A stretch of 64,000 bases of DNA from a candidate division FCPU426 bacterium (GTDB lineage Bacteria; Oederibacteriota; Muellerivitia; Muellerivitales; Muellerivitaceae): the NCBI GenBank assembly GCA_963796105.1, contig CAWCKJ010000002.1, forward strand, positions 288,001-352,000, read 5' to 3'. Numbering within the stretch: position 1 is the stretch's first letter; every line of letters begins with the position of its first letter. Both the position numbers and the translations under genes were made by a program. The notes beneath the pieces were generated by a model. The model was not told the origin of the DNA. It was given only the letters and a program-made list of their open reading frames with translations, and did no database searches. Shown here piece by piece: positions 42,790 to 52,626 of this stretch.

Positions 42790-44481
42790 ATGAATCCCCG
42801 GCGCATGGGCGTCAATCGTTCCACACTGGAGGCCATCAAAGCCTACCACGAACGAACGAAACACCATTACGTCCGTTACGCTGCGTCGTTAGGTTACCTG
42901 GATTGGGAGACCCAGCCGGACCCCTTCCGGCGGTACGAGGGCGCGCCGCTGGTTTCCATGCCCATCCCGGAAGAGGGTCAGGAGCTTCCTTTTTGGAGGC
43001 TTTATGTGCCGGGAGGAATTGTCCCTGTACCCCTCACCCTGGTAAGCCTCTCGCTCTTTTTCCGTTACGCCTTGTCCCTGACCGCCTGGAAACAGGCGGG
43101 TGAATCCAGCTGGTTCCTGCGCGCCAATCCCTCCAGCGGAAACCTGCATCCCACGGAAGGATACGCTGTCCTGCCGGCCCTCGACATGATTCGGGACCAT
43201 CCCGGGATTTACCACTACGCCCCCAAAGAGCACGCGCTGGAACTCCGAGCCAAGGCCGACCAGCCAGCCTGGGAACTTCTAGCGGCCGTTTTCCCCCCGG
43301 AGTCTTTCCTCGTGGGACTTACTTCCATCCATTGGCGGGAAGCCTGGAAGTACGGGGAGAGGGCTTTCCGTTATTGCCAGCACGACGTGGGGCATGCCCT
43401 GGGATCACTGCGGTACGCCGCCGCTGCTCTGGGGTGGAGGGTTCACCTCCTTACTGGAGTAGGCGATGAAACGGTCGAGCGGGTTCTCGGCCTCAAACGG
43501 TTAGGGGATTTTTCGAAACCGGAGCAGGAACAACCTGAACTGCTGGCCCTGGTCGCGCCTGGAACTTGGCGTTCACCCAAGGGGCCCTGGTTTCCGGTTC
43601 TGGTCCTTGATGAATTACCGGTGGAGCCCTGGGCAGGAAAGGCCAATAAGCTCAGCCCCTACCATGAAACCGATTGGCCTGTGATCGGGGAAGCGGCCAA
43701 GGCTTGCGAGAGCAAGGGCATGTTATTCGACGAGGACTTTTCTGATTTCCCCACAAAGGAAGAGTTGTTTTTATCGCCTGTCCTTTCTGGTTTTTTGACA
43801 GCGGAAAAAGTGATCCTGGGGCGAAGGAGCGCCGTCAGCATGGATGGTATTACCTCAATCCCGGCCAAGGTTTTCTACCGGATGCTCGCGCGTTTGATCC
43901 CAACCAGGGACGGGGTGTTTGTCCCCTGGGACACTTTGCCCTGGCGGCCCCGGATTCATTTGGGAATTTTCATTCACCGGGTTGTTGGTTTGGTGCCGGG
44001 TCTCTACGCGCTGAATCGCGATCCCGGCAAGTTGAATTCGCTTCAATCGGCGATGGACTCGAAATTTACCTGGAAGAAGCCGGATCTCTGCCCTCCGGGC
44101 CTGGGACTTTACCTTCTCCAGGAAGGGGATGTCAGGCGCTTGGCGGCGGGAGTTTCCTGCGGGCAGGATATCGCGGGGGATGGGGCCTTCAGCCTGGGCA
44201 TGATCGCTGAATTCCGGGAAAGCCTGGCTTACTACGGCGCGGCTTTCTACCGGAACCTTTTTTGGGAGGCTGGGCTGATTGGCCAGGTCCTTTACCTGGA
44301 AGCGGAGGAGGCGGGTGTCCGCGCCACGGGAATCGGTTGCTTCTTCGACGACCCCGTGCATGAGGTTTTCGGGCTTGATTTATCAGGAAGCTGGCGGAGC
44401 CTCTACCACTTCACCGTGGGCGGGCCAGTCGAGGATAGCCGGTTGGTTACCAAGTCACCTTATGGAGTACAAACTAAGTAA
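42790..44481 (+). CDS. SagB/ThcOx-type tandem nitroreductase-fold dehydrogenase
   Basis: YHERTKH, LRANPSSGNLHPTE, WKYGERAFRY, TGIGCFFDD. Confidence 0.85.
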   Translation: MNPRRMGVNRSTLEAIKAYHERTKHHYVRYAASLGYLDWETQPDPFRRYEGAPLVSMPIPEEGQELPFWRLYVPGGIVPVPLTLVSLSLFFRYALSLTAWKQAGESSWFLRANPSSGNLHPTEGYAVLPALDMIRDHPGIYHYAPKEHALELRAKADQPAWELLAAVFPPESFLVGLTSIHWREAWKYGERAFRYCQHDVGHALGSLRYAAAALGWRVHLLTGVGDETVERVLGLKRLGDFSKPEQEQPELLALVAPGTWRSPKGPWFPVLVLDELPVEPWAGKANKLSPYHETDWPVIGEAAKACESKGMLFDEDFSDFPTKEELFLSPVLSGFLTAEKVILGRRSAVSMDGITSIPAKVFYRMLARLIPTRDGVFVPWDTLPWRPRIHLGIFIHRVVGLVPGLYALNRDPGKLNSLQSAMDSKFTWKKPDLCPPGLGLYLLQEGDVRRLAAGVSCGQDIAGDGAFSLGMIAEFRESLAYYGAAFYRNLFWEAGLIGQVLYLEAEEAGVRATGIGCFFDDPVHEVFGLDLSGSWRSLYHFTVGGPVEDSRLVTKSPYGVQTK

Positions 44482-44621
44482 TTTTGAATTTTATGTGTTG
44501 TATTATTGCTGAATTCCGGGGTTCTGAAATCTAAACAAAATACAAAATTGTCTTTCCTCCCTTGCTTCTTGATCCCTTGCAGGATGACAATCATCCAATT
44601 AGAAAAATAAGGAGAATAGCC

Positions 44622-45137
44622 ATGCAAGAGCGCAAGGGCGTAATTACCTTCAAGGGCGGTCCGATGACTTTAATCGGTCCTGAAATCAAAGTGGGGGATA
44701 AGGCCCCAAACTTTAAAGTCCTGACCAACGGCCTCCAAGAAGCCACCTTGGATCAATACAAAGGGAAGACCTTGATCCTTTCAGTGGTTCCCTCGCTGGA
44801 TACGGGCGTTTGCTCCATGCAAACCCACAGGTTCAACGATGAAATAACCAAACTTCCCGCATCCGTGGAAGTTCTGACGATCTCCGCGGATTTGCCTTTC
44901 GCCCAAAAACGCTTTTGCGGCGCGGAGAACATCAAGATCAGCACCCTTTCGGACCACCGGGATATGTCCTTCGGAGAGGCTTACGGCACCCATATCAAGG
45001 AATTACGCTTGGAGACACGGGCGCTCTTCGTGGCGGGCAAGGATGGAAAAATCAAGCACGCCGAGTACGTGAAGGAAGTAACCAACCACCCGGATTACGA
45101 AAAGGCGTTAGCGGCGGCCAAGGCCGACTCTTTATAA
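44622..45137 (+). CDS. tpx: Thiol peroxidase
   Basis: VVPSLDTGVC, ISADLPFAQKRFC, HPDYE. Confidence 0.95.
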   Translation: MQERKGVITFKGGPMTLIGPEIKVGDKAPNFKVLTNGLQEATLDQYKGKTLILSVVPSLDTGVCSMQTHRFNDEITKLPASVEVLTISADLPFAQKRFCGAENIKISTLSDHRDMSFGEAYGTHIKELRLETRALFVAGKDGKIKHAEYVKEVTNHPDYEKALAAAKADSL

Positions 45138-45164
45138 ATCGATCAGCCCCATAGGAGGACTGTC

Positions 45165-45479
45165 ATGCCATTTGTCATTACCGAGAAATGCCTAGGGGAG
45201 GTTTACGCCCAATGCGTGGATGTTTGTCCGGTGGATTGCATCCATCCGGGACAATACAAGGGCCAGCCTTTCATGGTGATAGACCCGCAAGAATGCACCG
45301 AGTGCACCAGCTGTTTCACCGCCTGCCCCATAGGGGCCATCGTGGAAAGCGTGGAGGCTGACCCGGAATACGGAAAGATCAACGCGGAACTGGCCCCGTC
45401 TTTCAAGAACAACCCCAAGGTTCCCACTCGTCCCTCGAACGACCCGCCCAAACGTCCGGGAAATGGATTAGTTAATTAA
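45165..45479 (+). CDS. Ferredoxin (FdxA-like)
   Basis: CVDVCPVDCI and CTECTSCFTACP. Confidence 0.9.
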   Translation: MPFVITEKCLGEVYAQCVDVCPVDCIHPGQYKGQPFMVIDPQECTECTSCFTACPIGAIVESVEADPEYGKINAELAPSFKNNPKVPTRPSNDPPKRPGNGLVN

Positions 45480-45556
45480 TTTATTCCGCGACGATGTCTT
45501 TGTTTAAATGGGTTGACCTATAACCGCCCTAAAATGGCTTAGGTGTCTTCCTTTCA

Positions 45557-46657
45557 TCATTTGGGCATCAATAAATCCAACTTTTCAGGCGATTCAGGCC
45601 TTACTCTGGCGGTACCAAGATTTTCCAGCACGTGGCTCTTCCTTTTCATGCCGACCAAGGCAGCGGTCACTCCGGGGGTGGACCGGACGAATTGGATGGC
45701 CCTTTGGGCGTCGGTTTGGAGACCGGGAAAGGTGTCCGCCACGGCGGGGGAGAGGTGATGGGAGAGCCGGGATTGAAGGATGGAGGCGCTGGTAAATACC
45801 GAGATTTCATTGGCTAGGGCCGCTTGGAGGAATGGGACCGTCTGGGAGCCCAAAACCTGGTTGGGAAAATCCCACGCTTCAGTCATGTTGAGATTGAAGG
45901 GAAGTTGGGCGGCCTTGAAATGGTGCCGGCCCCGGACCACCCTTTCCGCGGTACGCAACAGGTCATGAAGCGCGAGGTGCCCATTGCCGGCGCTGGGGGA
46001 GCGGAATCCATCCCAGGTGGCGGCGCCGAAGGAACGGATTTTTCCGGCTTGGACCAGCAGTTCCAGCCCCGCGAAGGTGTGGTCGAGTCGGAAGAGGAAC
46101 TCATCCCTGGGGATCTCCTCCAACTGCGTCTCGGGATTATGCAGGTAGTAGAGGTCCAGGCAATCCAATCCGAGGTTTTGGAGGGACCGTTCCAGCTGGT
46201 TCCTGATATAGTCCGGCGCGATACAGTGACAGCCGGCCGCCAGCTCCCCTGGATTGATAATCCCGGTTGAAAGGTAGTTTTCCTGGATATAAAGGGACGG
46301 GTCGGCGGGAGGCTTTCCGTCGAAGGGGATGAATCCGCCCTTGGTGCATACGACCACTTCCTCGCGGGTGATTTTCCCCGCGCAGATCAAGTTCCGCAGG
46401 GCCTTTCCGATGTTGCGCTCGCTGCGCATACAACGGTAATTGACGGCCGTGTCGATCAGGTTGATGCCCGAAAGCAGGGCGGTCTCAACGGCTTCGATGT
46501 ATAACCTGTCGTCGGTCTCATCGGCGTTCCCGAGGTAAGTTCCCAAGCCGATAGAAGAGACCATCAGCCCCATGTAATTCCGGAAATGACCCTGATTGGA
46601 TAATTCCGGGAACCTAACGGCGTATTTCAACGTGCCTTCCGGCGTCGCGTAGTTCAT
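45557..46657 (-). CDS. Aldo/keto reductase
   Basis: SSIGLGTYLG, IDTAVNYR, TKGG, DLYYLHNPE. Confidence 0.9.
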   Translation of the reverse strand: MNYATPEGTLKYAVRFPELSNQGHFRNYMGLMVSSIGLGTYLGNADETDDRLYIEAVETALLSGINLIDTAVNYRCMRSERNIGKALRNLICAGKITREEVVVCTKGGFIPFDGKPPADPSLYIQENYLSTGIINPGELAAGCHCIAPDYIRNQLERSLQNLGLDCLDLYYLHNPETQLEEIPRDEFLFRLDHTFAGLELLVQAGKIRSFGAATWDGFRSPSAGNGHLALHDLLRTAERVVRGRHHFKAAQLPFNLNMTEAWDFPNQVLGSQTVPFLQAALANEISVFTSASILQSRLSHHLSPAVADTFPGLQTDAQRAIQFVRSTPGVTAALVGMKRKSHVLENLGTARVRPESPEKLDLLMPK

Positions 46658-46692
46658 CTTGATCCCCCTATCCATTCGTTCCCGGCGTCCGA

Positions 46693-47397
46693 TCAAAGGG
46701 CCTTAATCCGAGTCAAAAGGTCGTCGAGGTTCCTGATGACCAATTCACCCCGTTTTCCCCGATCTGTAAAGATCAATCCCTCCGATTCCAGGCGCGAGAA
46801 TGCGCGAATGCAGGTCTCCACCGTCGTCCCGGCCATCGAGGCGATCTCCTGCCGGGTCAGGGGAATGGTGTTCCCATATTGCGAGGCCATGGTCACCAGG
46901 GCGCGCAGGAGGCGTTTTTCGGCGCTTCCATGGGCGTTGGTCTGCATATCTTTGGCATGACGCAAGAGTTTGGAAACATGTGTGATGACGGCCGAAGCCA
47001 AACCGGGATATCTTTCCATCCAGGCCCGGAAAGACTGAATGGGGAAGGAGATGACCGTGGAATCGGTCTCGGCCACGGCATGGACACCGTATTTCCCGCC
47101 GTCGAGTGCGGAAACCCCGAAAAGCCAGCCGGGCCCCGCGACGCTTAAAATGATGCTGCGCCCGCCAGCCGAATAGTTGACTTCCTTGACGTGGCCCTTG
47201 AGGACCAACCAAACGGTCTCCGCGGGGTCATCCTCCATGAAGATGGTTTCACGCTTCTCGAAATGTTTTTCCGACAAGCCATCACCGATTACCTGAATTC
47301 CATCCGGTGAAACGGATTTAAAAAGCTCCAAATCCTGAAGGAGGTTGTTTTTCTGCCCATGGTAACTGGGTTGTTTCGTTTTCGATTTTGTGAGCAT
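46693..47397 (-). CDS. Crp/Fnr-family transcriptional regulator
   Basis: cNMP-binding barrel and LTRQEIASMAGTTVETCIR HTH; AAGGA RBS before ATG at 47397. Confidence 0.9.
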   Translation of the reverse strand: MLTKSKTKQPSYHGQKNNLLQDLELFKSVSPDGIQVIGDGLSEKHFEKRETIFMEDDPAETVWLVLKGHVKEVNYSAGGRSIILSVAGPGWLFGVSALDGGKYGVHAVAETDSTVISFPIQSFRAWMERYPGLASAVITHVSKLLRHAKDMQTNAHGSAEKRLLRALVTMASQYGNTIPLTRQEIASMAGTTVETCIRAFSRLESEGLIFTDRGKRGELVIRNLDDLLTRIKAL

Positions 47398-47674
47398 GGC
47401 GGTTTCCTTAATTGTTTGTTTTTCAAATAAGGACAAGAACGGGATGGTATCGGGGAAATAACGAACAAGAAATTTCACGGGGCTAATTAGGTTAAGCAAA
47501 GCAGGACACCACCATGCTCTACTCAAGTTGATGGAATAGCAATAGGGACATGTCATTTTCAACGTAACATTTAATTGGAAATTTGGATCATTAACAGGAA
47601 AGTTACGAATAAAAAAGATTGAACCAATTTTGAATAAAGGCTCAGGCGAGTAAAACGAGAAATTTTTGCACCTA

Positions 47675-47782
47675 AAACAAAAAGCCCCGCTGCAGGCAGG
47701 GCTTTTTAAAAAAATCTTAAGCTCATAAAAAACCACCCCGGGGCTTTGCTTTCCCAAGATGATTAACACTCAAGATTCTTTC
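47675..47782 (-). ncRNA. Candidate structured small RNA or leader
   Basis: Minus-strand TTGACA-17-TAATCT promoter, long nested hairpin that needs G-U pairs, then an intrinsic terminator. Confidence 0.45.
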
Positions 47783-47999
47783 AAAAAAAGATTACAAAAA
47801 CCGGGACGGTCTGTCAAAGAAAACCCGAAAAATACCATTTGTTTTTCCGTTTACCTTGTCGCCTTCGATTTTTTATTTTTCCTTTGGCGCTAGACTGGAT
47901 GATCCTGTTGACGACCAATGTGCGGCCTTTAAACCGAAGCGAACGATTTTAGTTTTTAGTACGAAGATTATTTTTCCTAATTCGGGTTTCCGGTTTGGG

Positions 48000-49115
48000 T
48001 CAATAAAAGAAAAAGGTATCCGCCAGGAAGGCGTAGGCGACCGGCCCATTGGCCGGGTCCATCCGGACCAGGTCGGTCTGGACCTTAAAATCTCTCGCGG
48101 GATAAAGACGGACCGAAAGCACCCTGCGGTACTCATCCGAGGCCGAGGCTGGGGAATGGGTCAGGTATTCCTGCGCCAGTCTCAAGTAAACGTTGTTTCC
48201 CAGATCCTCCTCCAGGCTGAGGTGGTAGGCCGAAAGGTCCGTCCGGTTGGAAGAAGTCAGTTGGTCATAGCCGGAGTCGTATTCACCCAGGATCACCAGG
48301 CTCTCGAACCTGCCCCACCCAAAGGCGCCATACCTTTCCTGCGGAAAGAGCTGGGGACTGTAGGCGGAGGCCGTCTGGTCGTAAAAGGAACCGCCCAGGG
48401 TCACATCCTCGAAGTGGAATCCGCCCTTTAGGGAATAGGTTTTTTGCGCGTCGGTCGCCAGAGTCGTGGTCGTATCGTTGAAGACCGCGGCGTTGAGGAA
48501 GAAGGGATCTGGATATGCCCCTGCCTCCAGGCCGTTTTGAGAGCGCTGGAAGCTGAAACCCAGGGGCGCCCGGACCAGGCTGTTGTCATCGGCCAGGGTC
48601 AGGCCGTAGGGCAGGCCGAACGTGCCGGCCTTGAGGTAGCCGTCGGCCGGAAGGTTGGAGATCAAGGCGTATATCTCCTGGGCGCTGTTGGGGGAATAGC
48701 TCACGACCCCCTCCACCGAGTCGCTCACGTGCGCCCGAGCGTAGAAGGCCTGGCGCCCGGCCTGGATATTGGAGGCTCCGATGGAGGAGTTGATGGAGTA
48801 GTCCAGGTGCATATCCGCCCCGAAGGAGAACCACTGGGGGCTGTCGTGTTTTTGCTTGGGCGCATCCTGCAGTATTCCCTGCCAGTCGAAGGTTTGTAAA
48901 GAAGACCCGTAGATGTGCCCGAAATCATTTCGCATATCACCGCCGGTCTGGTTTACGTGGCAGGCGTTGCAGTTCAACCCCTTGATGGCCGCCAGGTAGG
49001 GTTCCGCCAATGCCCCGGAGTATTGGCCGAGCAATAAGAGGGCGATCATTGGAAAGAAAAGTCCAGACCGGGAAAGACTATGCTTCGTTTTCGGAACAGC
49101 AAAGATTAATTCCAT
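48000..49115 (-). CDS. Monoheme cytochrome c fused to a porin-like beta-barrel (Cyc2-like architecture)
   Basis: Signal peptide, then EPYLAAIKGLNCNACH..RNDFG..YG, then porin-type strands ending FFFY. Confidence 0.7.
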   Translation of the reverse strand: MELIFAVPKTKHSLSRSGLFFPMIALLLLGQYSGALAEPYLAAIKGLNCNACHVNQTGGDMRNDFGHIYGSSLQTFDWQGILQDAPKQKHDSPQWFSFGADMHLDYSINSSIGASNIQAGRQAFYARAHVSDSVEGVVSYSPNSAQEIYALISNLPADGYLKAGTFGLPYGLTLADDNSLVRAPLGFSFQRSQNGLEAGAYPDPFFLNAAVFNDTTTTLATDAQKTYSLKGGFHFEDVTLGGSFYDQTASAYSPQLFPQERYGAFGWGRFESLVILGEYDSGYDQLTSSNRTDLSAYHLSLEEDLGNNVYLRLAQEYLTHSPASASDEYRRVLSVRLYPARDFKVQTDLVRMDPANGPVAYAFLADTFFFY

Positions 49116-49177
49116 TTAATAACCCTCCCTCAAAAACATATTTTAAAACCCATCGAATATCCCGCGGCTTTAGGCAA

Positions 49178-49990
49178 TTATTGGACTAGGACTTGGCCAA
49201 CCATAATCCCGGTGCACCCGCTGCATTGGGAAGCGTCGCAGGAGGAATGCCCTGGAAGGGAGCAGTGGAAATGGAAGGTTCCTTGGCTCGGGAAGGTGAC
49301 GGTCGTGCTGCCCGTGAAACTGCCCGACGGCGCACAGACCCCGTTGGAATCATCAAAGGTGGCCGTATGGTTGTTAATAGTGAACAAGACGGACTGTCCC
49401 GCCGTAATCGTGACAGAGCTGGGGCTGTAGGCGTTCGCCCCTCCGGAAGCCGCTGAGACTGTCACCGCGATGGAGGAGGCGCTGGCGTTGGAAAAGGGAG
49501 GTACGGCTGTCGGAGTGGGGGTGAAAGTAACAGTCGGGGTCGGGGTGATCGTGGGCGTGCGAGTCAAGGTGGGTGTGCCCGTGATGGTGAAAGTCGGAGT
49601 CGCTGAAGGGGTATCGGAGGGGGTGGGGGTGAGGGTCGCTGTGAAAGTTTTGGTTGGAGTGCTGGTCAAGGTGGGAGTATCCGTGATGGTGAAAGTCGGG
49701 GTGGCCGAAGGAGTATCGGTCATGGTGGGGCTGAGCGTGGGTGTGAGGGTAGGAGTCGCGGTAAAAGTTTGGGTTGGTGTTCTAGTGAGGGTGGGAGTGA
49801 GAGTATGGGTGAAGGTGGAGGTGATCGTTGGCGAGGAAGTGATGGTCGGGGTGGAGGTAATGGTGGGAGTGGGAGTAATGGTCGCGGTGGGTACGTTGCC
49901 CATGGGGGGCGTGGCGCTATTGTTGCTGCAAGAGATGGAAATAAACGATCCGAATGAAATGAGGCAAACAAGGATGAATATATTTCTCAT
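49178..49990 (-). CDS. Lipoprotein with T/P linker and C-terminal cupredoxin (type-1 copper) domain
   Basis: Lipobox [23 protein letters not shown] (His), FHCSLPGH (Cys, His), GIMVG (Met). Confidence 0.8.
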   Translation of the reverse strand: MRNIFILVCLISFGSFISISCSNNSATPPMGNVPTATITPTPTITSTPTITSSPTITSTFTHTLTPTLTRTPTQTFTATPTLTPTLSPTMTDTPSATPTFTITDTPTLTSTPTKTFTATLTPTPSDTPSATPTFTITGTPTLTRTPTITPTPTVTFTPTPTAVPPFSNASASSIAVTVSAASGGANAYSPSSVTITAGQSVLFTINNHTATFDDSNGVCAPSGSFTGSTTVTFPSQGTFHFHCSLPGHSSCDASQCSGCTGIMVGQVLVQ

Positions 49991-50397
49991 ACTTCACCTC
50001 AATTAAATTGAATTTACTCTTTCATATTGAATTAAACGGATATTGAGAATGGAAATCAAGAATGAGGGGAAGCGATTCGTGGAATCCGATTACCAAAGTG
50101 ACCAGGAATAGTCATTAAATGGTTTTTAAATTAGTTACCATGCGGTAACAATTCAAAGCATTAAATGGATTTAGGATTTTTAACATGAAAGTTACAAACT
50201 AAAAAACATCAAAAGGTTTAAAAACATATTCCTGGATTCTTCTTAGAAATTATTTTCGTTATAACCACTACGTTTTTTAAGTCCAGGCATTCCCTGGGTT
50301 TGGATTTGGCTTTTCGAGGCCGGGGGGTCTTGAAAAAAACAGGTCAAACCAATTAGTTTTGGTTATTCATCCATCACAATCATCCGGGGAGGCTGCC

Positions 50398-50808
50398 ATG
50401 ACCGCGAATGGAACTTTTAAACCAGCCCAATGGGAGGAAAAGCAGTACGAGCAAATTTCCCCCCTCATGAAGATGACTAGGGTTTCGGCCACTTACCTAT
50501 TCAATGGCCGGTTGGAAGGGGAGGCGACGGTGGAATACCTCATGTTCTACAAGTTCTTTGACGATAAGGACCCCCACCGTTCCGAGGCCGCTTACGTGGG
50601 TTTGTCCCGGTTTACAGGAAAAGTCGACGGCAAGGCCGGTAATTTCGTCATGGAAGACCGGGGGACCTTCCAAGGCCGCGAGGCCCGTTCCCGCCTTACC
50701 ATCCTTCCCAGTTCCGGCACAGGAGATCTCCTGGGAATCACCGGTTCGGGATCATTTACCGCCACGCCCAAGGGCTCCGACTACCGCCTGGAATACGAGA
50801 TTCATTAA
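50398..50808 (+). CDS. DUF3224 family protein
   Basis: F.GRLEGEA.VEYLM.Y, RFTGKVDGKAGNFV, SGTGDL.GITGSG. Confidence 0.8.
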   Translation: MTANGTFKPAQWEEKQYEQISPLMKMTRVSATYLFNGRLEGEATVEYLMFYKFFDDKDPHRSEAAYVGLSRFTGKVDGKAGNFVMEDRGTFQGREARSRLTILPSSGTGDLLGITGSGSFTATPKGSDYRLEYEIH

Positions 50809-50828
50809 CCAAGGATGGAAGGGGATCT

Positions 50829-51185
50829 ATGGACAACAAGAAACCAACGAATGTGGATTTGGCCGGGAAAAGGTGTAAACCCTGCGAAGGAGGCGCCCAA
50901 CCCATGGGGGTATCCGAGGCGCGTGATTACCTCGAAAATCTTCCGGGTTGGGAACACAATCCGGAACGGGGAGGGGAAATAGGAAAAATTTTTTCCTTCA
51001 AGAACTATGGCGAGACCATGGCCTTCGTTAACGCGGTTGCTTGGATCGCCAACCGGGAGGACCACCACCCAGAAATGGAGGTGGGCTTCAAGACCTGCAA
51101 GGTGCGCTATAGCACCCACGCCATCGGCGGCCTTTCCGAAAACGACTTCATTTGCGCCGCGAAAATAGAAGGGCTATTGAAATAA
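50829..51185 (+). CDS. phhB: Pterin-4a-carbinolamine dehydratase
   Basis: CKPCEGG, FVNAVAWIA..EDHHP, THAIGGLSENDFICAAK. Confidence 0.92.
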   Translation: MDNKKPTNVDLAGKRCKPCEGGAQPMGVSEARDYLENLPGWEHNPERGGEIGKIFSFKNYGETMAFVNAVAWIANREDHHPEMEVGFKTCKVRYSTHAIGGLSENDFICAAKIEGLLK

Positions 51186-51308
51186 GTATTTAAAACATGG
51201 ATGCTTTACTTGGTTTTGCGTTCGGAATAATCTCGTAACTTTTTCACTCGACGTTTCTTCTTACGGCTGTTAATTACAGCCATATAAAAAATGAGGGAGG
51301 TAGCTTTC

Positions 51309-51701
51309 ATGAAACGAACTATCGCGGTTTTGGCTGGTTTGTTGTTCTTGGCTGGGACAGGGCTGGTTTGGGCTGACGCTTATGCGAATGACGGAGGAAT
51401 CACAGCCGCTCACAAGAAGCCGTTAAAACACCATAAAGGCACCAAGAAGGGCGGGAAAGGCGCGACCTCGCACTTAAAAAACAAAAAAAATTCGAAATAT
51501 GGCGAGGATAGGGTGACTCGCTATAGGCCCGGAAACAATAAAATTGAAAAACCCGAGTTGAATCCCCAGCCTCTTCCTCCTGGCGTCAAATCCCCTGGAA
51601 ACGGCGGCAATTCACAGACTGATAAAGAGATGCTTAATCCCCAACCGCTCCCGCCGGGAATGAAACCCCCGCCGGGCCAAGGGGGAAACAACCTCAAGTA
51701 A
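51309..51701 (+). CDS. Secreted Lys-rich low-complexity protein with 2x LNPQPLPPG
   Basis: GGAGG RBS, signal peptide, hairpin terminator at 51731-51760. Confidence 0.75.
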   Translation: MKRTIAVLAGLLFLAGTGLVWADAYANDGGITAAHKKPLKHHKGTKKGGKGATSHLKNKKNSKYGEDRVTRYRPGNNKIEKPELNPQPLPPGVKSPGNGGNSQTDKEMLNPQPLPPGMKPPPGQGGNNLK

Positions 51702-51898
51702 CTCCCGGAACAATAAACCGTCAAATTTTTAAAGGTGGCTCTCTTTTGAAGGCACCTTTTATATTTAAGCCGGGTTAAACGTCGTTTAAACCCCCGGCCC
51801 GGAAAAAATTTAACCCTGTATTTACAGGGACCCCTTGTTTCCGGTGAGGGAGAGAAAGGAGAATGACGGCATTCACTTTTTCTATGGGGAGGATTTAC

Positions 51899-52426
51899 AT
51901 GAAGACTTATTCAATTTTGATTGCGGCGGTTTTGGCTTGTGCCAGCGGAAATCTTTGGGCGGATGATTGGAACGCCCCAGTGAATAAACAACCGGGGGAG
52001 CAAAACGCCCCGGGTGGTAGCGGCGCAGGGATGAGTTCGGGCGGTGACCGGCCCACCCTCAAGAACGCAACTATCGGAAGTGCGACGGGCGGCGCGGGAT
52101 CAGGGAAAGCGGCGCTCTCAAAGACGTCAAATTCAGGAAAACACAATCGAAAAGCCGGTGGGACACAAATGCGAAAGGCAGGCGGGACACAAATGCGTAA
52201 GGCCGGAGGCGATCCGATGACCCTCCACGACAAGAATCAGATTGCCAGGAAGTTGAAAGGGAAATCCGCGAAGCCCGACCTTTACATCAAGTACTCAAAG
52301 GCCAACGGAAACCAAAAAATATCGCCCGACACCTGGACCAAGGGCGGAATCACAAGCCAGAACGGATTCCAGAAAACGGACAACGGGCTTGGGAACGACA
52401 AGGGAGTACCCTCGGCACATCAATAG
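51899..52426 (+). CDS. Secreted low-complexity protein with 3x RKAGG
   Basis: GGAGG RBS, signal peptide, 24-bp tandem repeat at 52148-52219. Confidence 0.75.
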   Translation: MKTYSILIAAVLACASGNLWADDWNAPVNKQPGEQNAPGGSGAGMSSGGDRPTLKNATIGSATGGAGSGKAALSKTSNSGKHNRKAGGTQMRKAGGTQMRKAGGDPMTLHDKNQIARKLKGKSAKPDLYIKYSKANGNQKISPDTWTKGGITSQNGFQKTDNGLGNDKGVPSAHQ

Positions 52427-52443
52427 TAATCGGACAACAACAT

Positions 52444-52475
52444 AAAAGCCTTCCGTTAGACGGTGGGCTTTTTTT
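52444..52475 (+). terminator. Intrinsic terminator
   Basis: AAAAGCC-TT-CCGT-TAG-ACGG-TG-GGCTTTT plus T run. Confidence 0.7.
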
Positions 52476-52626
52476 GTTTGAAATCCGCCGTTTTCAAGGG
52501 TGAATTTTCGTACAAAAGCTTTAATGGGTAATGTATCCTCTGTGAATCAGGAACCTTTTCATCGGGGCCTTCGCCTGAATGGCGGCGGGAGGAACCGATG
52601 AAAACAATCAAGAGGAGGCAATATCC

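Noticed and set aside
42790..44481. Azole-RiPP (TOMM) cluster suggested by the SagB/ThcOx-like gene
   Set aside because: No YcaO, precursor peptide or transporter nearby; neighbours are tpx and a ferredoxin.
47398..47769. Long N-terminal extension of the Crp/Fnr ORF, and similar extensions on rimO, bioF, pgpA and FecR
   Set aside because: These run through intergenic or overlapping sequence; downstream starts fit the domain boundaries better.
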